Positions 14,183 to 27,218 of a stretch of 64,000 nt of DNA are shown here, in pieces (the stretch's first letter is position 1; each line of letters starts with the position of its first letter). A program made the position numbers and the translations under genes. Origin of the DNA: Octopus sinensis. Its lineage: Eukaryota. The notes under the pieces are model-generated. The model was not told where the DNA came from, searched no databases, and saw only the letters and a list, made by a program, of their open reading frames with translations. Location: assembly GCF_006345805.1 (NCBI RefSeq), contig NC_042997.1, positions 84,692,001 through 84,756,000 on the forward strand, in the 5' to 3' direction.

Positions 14183-14400
14183 AAGGTGGCTTGCTGTTAG
14201 AATCGTTAAGCACGCCGACCAAAATGTTTAGCAGTATTTCGTCCCTCTTTATGCTCTTAGTTCAAATTTCGCCTAGTTTGACTTTATGTTTTACCTTTCG
14301 GGGTCGATAAAATAATTACCAGTTGAACACTGATATAGGTGTAATCACCATATCTCTCCCCGAAATTGCTGGCCTAGTGCCAAAATTTGAAATCATTTAT
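14183..14400 (+). mobile_element. SINE family A, diverged
   Basis: AAGGTGGC...GTTCAAATTTCGCC...CTTTCGGGGTCGATAAAATAATTACCAGTTG. Confidence 0.85.
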
Positions 14401-14689
14401 AACGTGGCAATTTGTCCACTCACACACACGCGCGCGCGCTCCCATACATACGCACGCTCCCATAAATGTACATACACACACATAATCTTCATACTTGTGC
14501 ACACACTTACACATGCGCTAGCCTCTAGCCCAAAAACACATATACCCATGCACACATTATCCTTAAATACACACATACACTTGCTTGCGTACACACACTT
14601 TAGCCATGTCACTGTTAAATACCTTGCTACTCATGTCTCCAACCACTTCCTGCCTTTCTTCTGGACAATTCATCAAGTGCAACCGTTAA

Positions 14690-14828
14690 GCTAGATACAT
14701 TTTCTTTTTGTCTCCGTTTTTTTCCTCTCTCCATCTGTTTTCTTTTCTCATACCATTCTGTAGAAGAGCGTTGGATCTAAATGTTCAGAGCGCCAAACCT
14801 ATACATCTTGTTTCTTGTTCCCTCACCT
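14690..14828 (+). mobile_element. Diverged copy of hammerhead-bearing family H2 (same subfamily as 51267-51475)
   Basis: CTGTAGAAGAGCGTTGGATCTAAATG and CAGAGCGCCAAACCTATACATC align to the reverse complement of 51300-51440. Confidence 0.6.
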
Positions 14829-14887
<59 letters not shown>

Positions 14888-15513
14888 AAATTTGTTTTGA
14901 GGCTTGAAAAAGCACCTAAGTCTTAAATCGTATAGTCGTTTTTAAATTTTGTAACAGATTTATTATCATACCAAACCGGTTTCGACAATTTTTTGTTTAT
15001 CAACGGTAAATAAAAAAAATAAATGAATAGATAAATAAAGGGAGAAATTAAAGTTGCAAAGTCGGAAAAAACATGATTAAAAGATCAAATATTCATATTA
15101 TCTCCAATGAATTTTACAGACAGACAGTAAGACAAGTTCAACTGTTCGATGAATTTCATAACAGTTATGTGGGCGCAGCAATCTTTGCACCTGGTTTTCC
15201 AGCCACGCAATTTCGGGTTGAGTTTCCCACACCGTAGTACCTTGGGCAAATGTCATCTACTGTAGTTTTGTGAAAATTCTGAACAGTTCAAACTGCTTCT
15301 AAATGGTTTCTAATTCGTGTGATTGCAAGACGTTTAGTGGATCTGTTTCAAACTCCCACCTAAAATGTCACTGCATTTGATCATCCATTTGAAACAGCCA
15401 GTAGCATTTCTGAAAATATTTCTTGCATTCAAAGCCTATTGTGGCTTCATTTAATACACTCATGCAATCCTGCATACGCTTACAGACATACACATTCATG
15501 TGCATAGTATAAA

Positions 15514-15586
<73 letters not shown>

Positions 15587-16389
15587 TGTGGTGTGTGTTT
15601 TTATATATATATATATAATGTGTGTGTGTGTGTTTATACATATAATGTGTATAATATATCTTTGTAACCTTTTTTGTGAATAACTCTTTCGGGTTGAATA
15701 ACTCTTTAGGATTTTGTTCCAGTTTATTAGATTTCCTCTCTAAATCATTCGCCACGAGCTGGAGTCGTTCTGTTTAAACAGTTTTGAATTTTCTAAATTA
15801 ACCAAACGCGTTTCTCCTTACTGCATCAGCATATCTATTTAGTTGTCCTTGTTTGTATTTTGCATCTCAAAATTCACTTTACTTTCTAATGCTTAAGTCA
15901 CGTTTTAGTATTCATAAATTTTGACTATTTGCAATGCATCGCATCATTTATAAGAAATATGTTCATCGTTATTGTAGCCCGAACAGTTCTTTTGCATTCG
16001 GAAGTTCATTCTGCTATCTTTTTGTCAAAACATTTTAAAGTTCATAAATTCAGATGATTCGTCCGGCATCGCATGAGTCATAAGAAATATCGATGCTAAT
16101 TTAGCGTGCAGTCTACCGCTGTATCTTTCGTCCTGAACTGGGTTAGGGTTAGTATTAGGAACATTTCGAAATTGTAAATGACAAATTCAGAAGATCAAAA
16201 CGTGTTTACACATGCCTACATAAGAAATGTTGCTCTTCATAAACTTCATGAGCGATTAATATAATTTTCCTGATATTTTGGCATTATATTTACTTCCTTA
16301 TCTTCTAATTATCAACTTTTTCAGGTAACTACATCAACAGTAAATCCGTCATTATAGACGGCCCTAGTACTCTGGAATATTTATGTATG

Positions 16390-16650
16390 TATATCATCAT
16401 GGACTCTCCCGTCGTTAGACGACGTATGAGGGTCCGGCACTTTCTTGCCGAACAACCACACGAATGATTTGTTTATAGCGATGAAATGTTTGCTTACACA
16501 TAAGCTCACTTCCTCCATCAAATTATATTACCTGTATAGGTGCACCGTGTGCCACATGTTAGATGGCGAAATGATAGCAGAGCAACATAAATTGAAGTGC
16601 TTTTCGAACCCACGATCTCGCAATCGTGGGGGCACTACCCTAACCACTAA
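16390..16650 (-). mobile_element. Third tRNA-derived SINE family (C), diverged
   Basis: Minus-strand head GGCTTAGTGGTTAGGGTAG...GTGGGTTCGA; the tail resembles 55570-55745. Confidence 0.65.
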
Positions 16651-16742
16651 GCCATATATGTATACATACACACACATATACATATAATATTAAATATATA
16701 TATATATATATATGCATATGCATATATACATGCCGAGAGAAA

Positions 16743-16818
<76 letters not shown>

Positions 16819-17174
16819 CAGAGAAAGAGAAAGGAAGGCATAATTATCATTAAATACATCAACCTGTTTATTTATGCCGATTCGAATGTGTGTACTATGT
16901 AAATATACATACACTATAGTGTGAATATAAATACAAAATTGTCTGAGTTTATATTCGATTATTTGCGCCTGAGTGTTTAACTGAGTACTTGTATACATGT
17001 ATATATATTCAAATTAAGCAGATTCGCAGATAAGTTGGTAAATTAGATAGATTCATAGATAAATAAAATGGTTGTGCGTTTTATATTTAAACAGGTTACA
17101 TATACAAATACGTATATGTTTGTGGATAAAAGTTGAATTAAATATCGCTAGATAGAAATTATTAAATATTTTCA

Positions 17175-17209
<35 letters not shown>

Positions 17210-17404
17210 TAATGTACTGATATACACGCGCAAATACAGCCATATGCATGCTTTTGTGTGTCGTCAAATAGGTGTTTGTGTGTGTGTGAATCTATCTTTC
17301 TATCCATCTATCTATTCTTCTACTTATCTGTCTGTAAGTCTGTCTCTCCCTCTCTGTCTCTCTCTTTCTGCCACTCTTTATCTCTCTCTCTCTCTCTCTC
17401 TCTC

Positions 17405-17445
<41 letters not shown>

Positions 17446-17737
17446 ATAGATGCATACAAACATGTATACATACATACAAATATACATTCATACATACATA
17501 TGAATATAAAACCATGTTTAAATCTATGTTTGTTTCTCTGAATTCTTCTGGGCTTTTTGAGTTTGTTCCATTTATTTACGTGCCGTAGCTCGGAATTTTC
17601 TACTGATTGTTATTTGTTGAGCACATCTCTGATTGCATGCTTGAATTCAGACGAATTAAGACGTGTGACGTTCGACGCACATGTTGATATACATTTACAT
17701 ACATACATGTACATATATATATATATATACATACATT

Positions 17738-17796
<59 letters not shown>

Positions 17797-18203
17797 CTAT
17801 AAATCATGTGTATGCGTATGTTTGTGTATTTGTCTATAAAAGTTAGTATATTAATAACTATGTTTTGTGCATAGTTAATGATTTTCCCGGCATCAATTGA
17901 ATATTTTGATTTTGAAATTATGGATATGTGAAGAGTGTACTAATGCAATTCTGGATATCTTTATAAATATTCATATTCGTTCTTATTCATACGCTAATAC
18001 ACATGTACACACACAAACGCGCAATCATGCCTACCACGCACCTCACACTCACTCACGCATATATAAATATCCACACACACACTTAAACATGTATATGAGT
18101 ATGTATATACATATTGATATATACGTGTGTGCGTGTCTGTAAATAGTTTATATATATTACATATATATTATACTTATTAATATATACGCTGATATGTATA
18201 TTG

Positions 18204-18257
<54 letters not shown>

Positions 18258-18332
18258 ATAATTTTATGTACCAAAGTATATATGAATAATCAATAGATAT
18301 ATATTACAATCCATATATATGTCTATATATAT

Positions 18333-18372
<40 letters not shown>

Positions 18373-19145
18373 CTTTGCGTGTGTATGAGTGTAAATCATA
18401 GATAATTTACATATTATATATATATGTGTGTAACAGTATATATGTGTATGTATAAAGAGACAAGAAATGATGGGATGCGAACGCGGTTGTTATACTAATA
18501 AAGTACATTCTATGGAAATTAAACAGAATTATTAGACCGAATATGAAGTCATGAATACTCGAATATGAAAACAGTACAAACATAGAAAATCATAAAAATA
18601 AACATGAAATGCATAACGAAATTATGCTATGTGATTGCAAATAATATATCTTGGTTAAACTCAGATTTCTGCGGATATAACTTAATCAAAGATGGCGGCG
18701 ATATTCACAATTTATTTGTATATTACTTGATTGACCTACTGAAGATATTTTATTTCTCTCTGCACGTTACTGAAAGTGCAACAGAGCGCACACAAGAACA
18801 ACATAATTTGGCCAATAAGATACTTAATTCAACAAGTGTGGTGAGTTTTCTTAAAGAAAAGTGAAATCTTTTACTACCGCCTTTAGTTTTTAATCCTATG
18901 AATGCTGAGTTCAAATTCCGGTGAGACTTGGTTTTGCACATAAAGTGATTGATTCTAAAGTATATTTTAGTAATTCTCTGGCAAACTATAACGATATGAC
19001 GAGGCAGAGAAAGAAAATTTTTAACAGCATTTTTAACAAATAATTTATATTATAAGTTTACTGTCTTTCTGTTTATGTATATATGTATATAACTATCTTT
19101 TTATCTTTTATCAATTTATCTATCTATCTATCTATCTATCTATCA

Positions 19146-19223
<78 letters not shown>

Positions 19224-20238
19224 TTATCTACGTAGATATCTGTCTATTTACCCATCTAACCATGTACTTGCCTATTTCTTCTTTGTGGTTATTCACCATT
19301 CCACCTTGAAGATAGGAAGAGTGCATTGAATTATATAATCCCAGACACACCATGTCTGAACAAAATACGCTGGATGTTTACAGCCTTAAATTGCCTTTCA
19401 TGCGTAGGGTTACTAGCTCACAGCTGACCTATAGCAAAACAAAATCAATAAATTAATGATTTTCTTCCGAAAATCCTCTTATAAAACATTTCGAACATGG
19501 AGAAATTGTTGTTCTCTAAATTGCCTCTCTCTAGAATTTATATATCTGCATACTTTGTGCCTTCAACAATCAATATGGTGATATTATGAGCTGAAGGAAT
19601 TTAATACGGAATTTGCTCCTTTGCAAAGTCACCAAACTATCAATGTATGAAAAACCTAGTATGTGGTAATAAGAAAATATATCCAACAATAGCTCTTCTG
19701 GTATAAAGAAAAGAATTCTCTTAGTATGCAATGGAGGGAAGAAATATCTAATGTTTCGGGTTGAACGCTTCAGCAGATTTTGTCTATCTCAATCATGCTT
19801 CGTTTTTGAGCAAGGTGCTGAAAGAATAATTTGTAACAGAATCGTGATGTATAATATATGAACATATAAATCCAGTACGGCAAGTGAGCAAAACACTCGT
19901 TAATTTTTTCGCTTCACTTATGACGTGGTTCCCTTCCCCGTCCCATTATGCCTAGCAGTATCTCTTTACAGCTTAGACGAGTGAAGCAGCAATGGTTAAG
20001 TATATTAGTCTTGACCAAAATAACAGACAGCAATGCACCGTTGACAGTAAACGAACTATCGGGCCTTCGGCTAGATGTCCAACAATATATCGACATGGAC
20101 AGCTGCCATTTGGGAAAGGAAGTAATGTGTTTTGATATATCAAGATTCTGTAATACTTAAAAGGACAACGTATATTCTATAATAATGTGGATGCGTCCAA
20201 AAGAGAATTGAATTGTTCTGGCTTTTGCTTTAATATAC

Positions 20239-20276
<38 letters not shown>

Positions 20277-20854
20277 TGTGGTATGTGTGTGTGTGTGTGT
20301 GTTGTGTGTGTGTGTGTAATAGCAGATTAGACAGGTGTAGAGTATTTTGATGTTATTTCAAAGTTATGACAAGTAGTTTTGAAAGCTTGTACATCTAAAG
20401 CGAATAAGCTGTTAGTAGCAGAATACCGAAGTGAAAGAGAATAAAGGAGAAAGCAATACTGAATAACTTTCTATATACTCATAGAAATTCGTTTTCTCAG
20501 TTTGATCTTGATTTGGATATGTCGGTGTTTGTTATGTCCAGTCTACAGCTGCTTGATATCACTTGTATATGCACATTGCAACAGCATATTGTTTGTTTTG
20601 GTTGTTTATACTTAGGCTCAAACCCTTATGCAGTTAACCTGTAATTAAATGTATTTTAGCTGTGACAAACCTGATGATTTTTTTTTCATCTTTCAGTTTT
20701 AAAGACACTAAGGTGTGTGATTTGAAGATTTTGGTTATTTTGTACTCATCCAAATGCCGAAGGAAACTTACCAAAGATGGAAGGTTGACTGCTATATTTA
20801 ATGTATTGGATCTTTCTAAATAAAATCAACGGTAGACTTTTATACGATAACATC

Positions 20855-21069
20855 TTGTATCTTTTACTTGTTCCAGTCATTAGACTGAGGCCATGCTGGG
20901 GCACAGCGCTGAAGAATTTTCAGTTAAATGAATCGACCCCAGGCCTTTTTTAAAGCTTGGTACTTATGCAGTCGATCTCCTCTATCAAACCGCTAGTTAA
21001 CGGCGACGTAAACACCAAAACCAGTTGTCAAGCAATGGGCGGATAAACACATCTACAAAGGCACCCCCC

Positions 21070-21113
<44 letters not shown>

Positions 21114-21299
21114 GTGTGTGTGTGTGTGTATACACGGTAGGCTTGTATCAGTTTCCGTCTGCCAAATCCACTCAAAAGGCTTTGTTTGGCTCGAGCCTAT
21201 TGTAAAAGACACTTGCCCAAGGTACCGCCCACCTGGACTGAATCTGGAACCTTGTAGTTCAGAAGCAAACTCCTTACCACGCAGCCACACTTGTGCCTA
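20855..21299 (-). mobile_element. SINE family B, full length, with internal (TA)n(TG)n
   Basis: Head, core (CCTTGGGCAAGTGTCTT), internal microsatellite and 3' tail all present. Confidence 0.92.
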
Positions 21300-23018
21300 A
21301 TCAAATCGTTTTATCTCTTGCCACGAAACGATGTAAGAAGAAAAGAATAGAAAAAAACTGGTCTTGAATTTCATAAGAATTAAATACAGAGTGAAAAACA
21401 AAAACATTCTATAAAATGCTATATTGTAAATTCAGAAGCAACCAGCTTTTTAAAGACACTGTTGCAAATATCAATGGTTGGAAGTAAGTTTACTAAATTT
21501 ATTAATCATATCTAGAATGGTCACAGAAGGACATTTCTCAGATATAGCTGCAGGCAAGTCGTTAACAGACTCAGCAAAGTTTTCCGATCAAAAAAAAAAA
21601 ACAAACAAAAAAACTCCATCCTTATAAACTTTTGGAAATATACTCAACATTTTATTTTATTTATTATTTTTTTAATGCTTAAGAAACTTTTTGAATATTT
21701 CGTCTTATATAAATTCAGAAGCATTATATACCTGCAGTGTTTGAATGACGCCAAGTCTCCTGACATTTACCAAAGTTTAATGCCTATGTTATGGAGCAAA
21801 ACATGATAAATCTTCTCTGATATTTAGCTTTCTGAAATTTGCAGAAAATAAAAAAAGAATATACAATCAATGACATCGCTTATGGGATGATCTGATAGCG
21901 TATAAAGTAGAGGTTATGTCCAGGATAAATTATTTCTGTTCGAAATGCATTGAATAAATTTCGTATAACTATGAGCTCATCGGAGAGTATCTATCAAATT
22001 ATGAGCTTCCTGAAGAAAATTTAAAAGTCACTTGCTGAGAAGAGGAAGGCTTCAACAGTATGGATATCAAGCGTCTCAATAAAAACTTCACTGTAATATA
22101 ATAAGAAATTAAATAATGGATGACTGATGGAAAAAGAGAAAAAAAATATCAACGAAATCGTACTCCTTCAAAACAAGAAATATAATTTTACTGCATCATA
22201 TATGAATACCGTGTAATGATAATAATAATTGGTTCTCACATAGACTTGAAGTCTGGAAACTTCACATAGAAAATGGAAATATTGCTACGTAGATACCTTT
22301 ACCAATGGCATTATCTTTCAAACATCTTCTGTATTATATATACTACAGCAAGATCGATATTTTCATTCAGTTTTACTATTCATAACAACATTTCTTATCC
22401 TACATAGAGTTATCCACATGTCTCTCACAGTAATCCGATGCCTTATCTCGTTCCAACTTCCTTGAGGAACTAGCTTCAATTCAAAAGGAAAAACAGCTTA
22501 TCCAGCGTATTTAGAGTATTATGGTGAACAACCCATGATCCAATTGAAAAGTAAGTTGTTATAACACACAGGCACTTGTTATTCCTGAAGAATCCGTAGC
22601 TTTATCTCAAGAACATTTTGTAAGAAATTACAATCTGGCCCCGAAAACTTTTAGGTCTGTAGGTACCTTCTTTCAAAGGAATATGACATTTTATATTATA
22701 GAAACTGACTGGAATCGAGATATGACCGAGTTGTTTATGATACAAGATTAGAAGCTCATATTTACTGAGTTAAAATCCATTGCAAGAGCAGTCTGTATAG
22801 GTGTCGAAAGGAAATATTACTTCTCCATACAATTTCTTTCGCGATAGACTGGTATCCTGTCCAGCAAGAGACTTACGGCTCATTTACATAGCGCCCTGGA
22901 GCATTATGAACATGTACAGGCTTCAAAAACTGTTTCGTTTTATTCTAAGTCTAACGATTTACCTTGCATTTACCTTGCACAAGAAGTGTTAAGTGAAACA
23001 TGAACTGTTATCAATTAT

Positions 23019-23082
<64 letters not shown>

Positions 23083-23386
23083 TTGTGTGTGTGTTTGTGC
23101 GTGTGTGTGTGTGTTTGTAAAATCACATTTTACATGTTCAAGTGCACTCGGACGTGAGAAAATCTTCCGGTGCAGAAATAGTCCTGGATAAAAATTCTCC
23201 TCTTACACATGTGCGAGAACACAATTTAGGCTATATATGACGTCATTAGATTACAGGGTACATGCATTTCAATGTCGTTTCACTTTCTCCTCTATGGACA
23301 TCAAATCTGTCGTTCACAGTTTAAGCGGGGGGTTTTCTCACGCGGATTAATGTGACTTTAGACACACATACACGCACACATACACA

Positions 23387-23419
<33 letters not shown>

Positions 23420-23682
23420 CACACACACATACACACACACACTCACTCACACACGTATATATATATATATGAAGATGATTTCAGTGGTAAGAATGAATGT
23501 TTAGGAGTTCAAACCAAAATAATTGAACGATCAATTTCAAAAATCAAGTTTGCAATTTTAAATTTCTTTAGCTCCACTTCATACTTACTAATGCATGTTA
23601 TATTATTCTTGTACTACTTATAAAAGAGTTTGTTACGTACACAATGGAACGTTGATTTAATAAATATCAATAATATCAGTTG

Positions 23683-23880
23683 TATCCGAAACATTAACAC
23701 GCCGGATAAAACGTTTACCGGCATTTGTTCTGACTTTATGTCCTGAGTTCAAATTTACCCGAGGACAAGTTAGTCTTTTATAGTTTTGGGGTCAATAAAA
23801 TAAAGTACCAGTTGAGCACCGGATTTGATGTAATCAACCCTCTCCCAACATTTCAAGCTCTGTGCCTACAGTAGAAAGAA
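23683..23880 (+). mobile_element. SINE family A, diverged
   Basis: CTGAGTTCAAATTTACCCGAGG...GGGGTCAATAAAATAAAGTACCAGTTGAGC. Confidence 0.8.
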
Positions 23881-24186
23881 TAAAATATACTTTTCAATAA
23901 TTAAGAACGTTTGGCGAAGAGTCGAAGCTCTTTAACTTTTCTAGGAAAGTTGTGTATTTTTAAAATGGGTTTCGTTTTCGTTTTGGCCTGAATGAAAGAC
24001 GTAATAGTCATAGCCGGAATACCTTTCATCACAGATTTTATTGATTGGGATTATTTATCCGCGGCTAATCTGAAGTACTCTCTCCTCATACAGTCACTAT
24101 TCTTTACTCACTATCACAAATACTTAGTAATATGTCTCCTTACATTTTGTTTACATTAGCACCAGTACCAACACGGTCTCCATCAC

Positions 24187-24227
<41 letters not shown>

Positions 24228-24323
24228 AACTTCTTGAATAAACTTCTTGAAATTTCATATGCTTCCACCATCATTTTCGATATCAGTAGCAACAATGTAG
24301 CGCCAACATTTCTAGTTCTTTCC

Positions 24324-24520
24324 AAGGTGGTGAGCTGGCAGAATCGTTAGCAATATTTCGTCCGTCTTTACGATCAAAGTTCAAATGCAGCCGGGGATCG
24401 ACTTTGCGATTCATTCAATTGTGATCGATAAAGTAAAGTACCAGTTGAACACTGGGGTCGGTGTAATTGATTTGCCCCCCTCTCCTGAACATGCTGACGT
24501 TATGCCAAAATTTGAAACCA
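24324..24520 (+). mobile_element. SINE family A (first unit of a local tandem duplication)
   Basis: AAGGTGGTGAGCTGGCAGAATCGTTAGC...GTACCAGTTGAACACTGGGGTCG. Confidence 0.88.
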
Positions 24521-24670
24521 TTATGTCTTTTCACAATTTTCTATTTCCACTAGCAACAATATCAACACGGTCTCCATTACTAGTAGTAGTAGTAGTAAAC
24601 TTCCGGAAATTTCCCTTTCTTCCGCAATCATTTTCGATAACAATAACGTAGCGGCAATATTCTTATATCC

Positions 24671-24835
24671 GAGGGTGGCGAGCTGCCAAATTCGTTAGTA
24701 CGTTGGACGAATTGATTAGCGGTATTTAGTCTGCCGTTACGTTCCGAGTTCAAATTCCGCCGAGGTCGACTTTGCCTTTCATCTTTTAGGGGTCGATTAA
24801 ATAAGTACCAGTTACGCACTCGGATCGATACATTC
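24671..24835 (+). mobile_element. SINE family A (second unit of the local tandem duplication)
   Basis: GAGTTCAAATTCCGCCGAGGTCGACTTTGCCTTTCATC. Confidence 0.88.
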
Positions 24836-25882
24836 AGCGGGAGATCGAGAAGAAATAGCAATGTGCATTTATACAGAGGTTTTGTATGAATATGGATGTA
24901 TATGAATTAAAATGAAAAATCTAAAATTTTACTCACAGGTTTGTAGTTTTTGTATAGAACTATGTTTACATTTTTACGCACATGTTGCTGTAATGGTTCA
25001 TCTGGGGGACGGTATTTTTTGTACATATTTACTCCATATAAACAAAATCTTTCAATTTCCTGAGATGGCTTACATTTAGGCAGTTTTCTTTCATCGTTTC
25101 TGCGGTTTCTTAATTTTTGCTTCGTGATGGTTCCAGATTTGATCTGTCTTTCAAGCACCACGCTGTCATACGTCCATGCTGTATTATTTGCGGTACTCGT
25201 GTTATAACCATAGTTATAATTATTATTGATGTATCATCAATCAACTATTTAATAGTATTAATATGAAACTGTTAATATTGTTATTGTTGTTGTTGTTGTT
25301 GCTGGTGCTGGTGCTACTGCTGATGTTATTATTGTTTAGTACAACAACTCTACTGGGCAACGTAAGAAAGTGCCGGCTGCCTTACTAGAAATAATTATGC
25401 AATATTGCATAATAACTTCTATTATTCTCACTGTTTTTCAGCAAGAAATGGAGACCATAATAACTTCTATTATTCTCACTGCTTTTCAGCAAGAAATGGA
25501 GACCACTCTGCGTATGTGATGTTTCGCTCTATTATTAACTCATCGGCGAAGTACAGCCCGTGTAAATGTTTATATATTACTTTAATTACGAAATATTCTT
25601 CAATAGTGGGTGGAACAAGTGAAGGAGGAGAAAGAAAAAGCGTAGAGAATGGGTTGTAGCCCGTCTTAAAAATTGATGCGAGGAAAATAAAACATAATCT
25701 TGGTAACTTTTGTCCTCTGGATACCTCTCTATCATAATTTTAATGATCCTCAAACACATGCAGAAACAGTCATATACATCAGCCCACAAACTAGTTTCTT
25801 TGCAGTATCTTGATGTGTTACAAATGATAGCCAAATGAAAACCTATAATCTTAAAACCGGTTTGATATATTGGGTAATGTTG

Positions 25883-25935
<53 letters not shown>

Positions 25936-25937
<2 letters not shown>

Positions 25938-26424
25938 TAAAGCGTGTATAAAGATATATATCCAAAGACAAGACCCATGGCAGGACTTCCTACATGATAA
26001 AAAGGGCAGTTAAATCCAACCACGAAAAAATAATTCTGAAGGCACGCCGATAAAGCACTTAGAATGGAAATATTTATCATTTTTAGTTAATCCCATACGC
26101 AAGTTCCCCTATTAATGAGCAAATAAACTAATTTGTCATCCGTAGTTCATCAGTGGGATCGCTAAAATAATGCATTATTATGTAGCAATAATACGTACCG
26201 AAAAAACACGTGCAAACGGATGACATATTAATTTATTTTTTCATCAATAGGGAAACTCGAGTATGGGATTAACTAAAAATAATAATTCCTTTCATTCTTG
26301 TGGTTTATTGGTGTGCGTTTAGAATTATTTTTTTACTTGGTTCGGTTTAACTGTCGTTTTTATCAAGTAGGAAGTCCTGCCATGGATCTTCTCTTTGTGT
26401 ATATATCTTTATACGCTCTTATAT
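25936..26424. mobile_element. Fold-back/MITE-like element with ~210-bp imperfect inverted arms, flanked by TA
   Basis: 25936-26143 is complementary to 26216-26424 (CCATGGCAGGACTTCCTAC / GTAGGAAGTCCTGCCATGG; TTAGTTAATCCCATAC / GTATGGGATTAACTAA). Confidence 0.85.
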
Positions 26425-26844
26425 AGGAAAATATGTTGTCTTATGACTCTTTTTACACATGCGAACCACTGGAAATAAATTATTCTAATTTTTTACCCTT
26501 ATGATTTACACAGTATTTGTGTGTGTGTATGTGTGTGTGACATTTTGGACTAATGGTTATACATCAATTAGTGTGTTAATGCAGAACAGTTTGGGCTACC
26601 TGGTATCATCCACAGATGCAGTATATTTCAAGAATTCCTACCTCATGAATTTCGCAGTGTTAGTTGAGATAATAATAATTGATTAAGTAACCGGAAGATG
26701 GATTTGATATTAGACTTTATTTTGTACGACGACTGTTTTGACCCTGCTACTGTCCCTTATGGGTGGTACTCTGTGAATCATGTTATGTTGTAGTCATTTT
26801 ACAGTTCGGGTCACATGAGGTACATCCAAACATAAAGTTGTGTC

Positions 26845-26972
26845 TTGCTAAAATCCTGGTAGTCATTCTATCAGTCACTTATGCCGAATCGCTAAGTTCT
26901 GGAGAGGTAAACACACCTACACAGGTGGTCGAGCGGTGGTAGGGGACAAACAGCGACACAAAGACACGCATA

Positions 26973-27010
<38 letters not shown>

Positions 27011-27128
27011 TAATCCAAACATGAAAACACAAAGAGAAAACACACCAACGCGAGGACGTGGAACAAGTATAGTATTATTGGACGCTCAGGAAAGGAGGAA
27101 GGACGGAGAGTTTAACGTTTCGAGCGGA

Positions 27129-27218
<90 letters not shown>

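Noticed and set aside
15480-15900. KYKQGQLNRYADAVRR resembling a Gypsy RNase H end; also SDALSR near 22435
   Set aside because: Short isolated matches without flanking pol motifs
16140-16152. Telomeric TTAGGG repeats
   Set aside because: Only two units; not an interstitial telomere array
25408-25503. CRISPR-like or array interpretation of the tandem repeats
   Set aside because: Eukaryotic context, only two abutting units, no spacers
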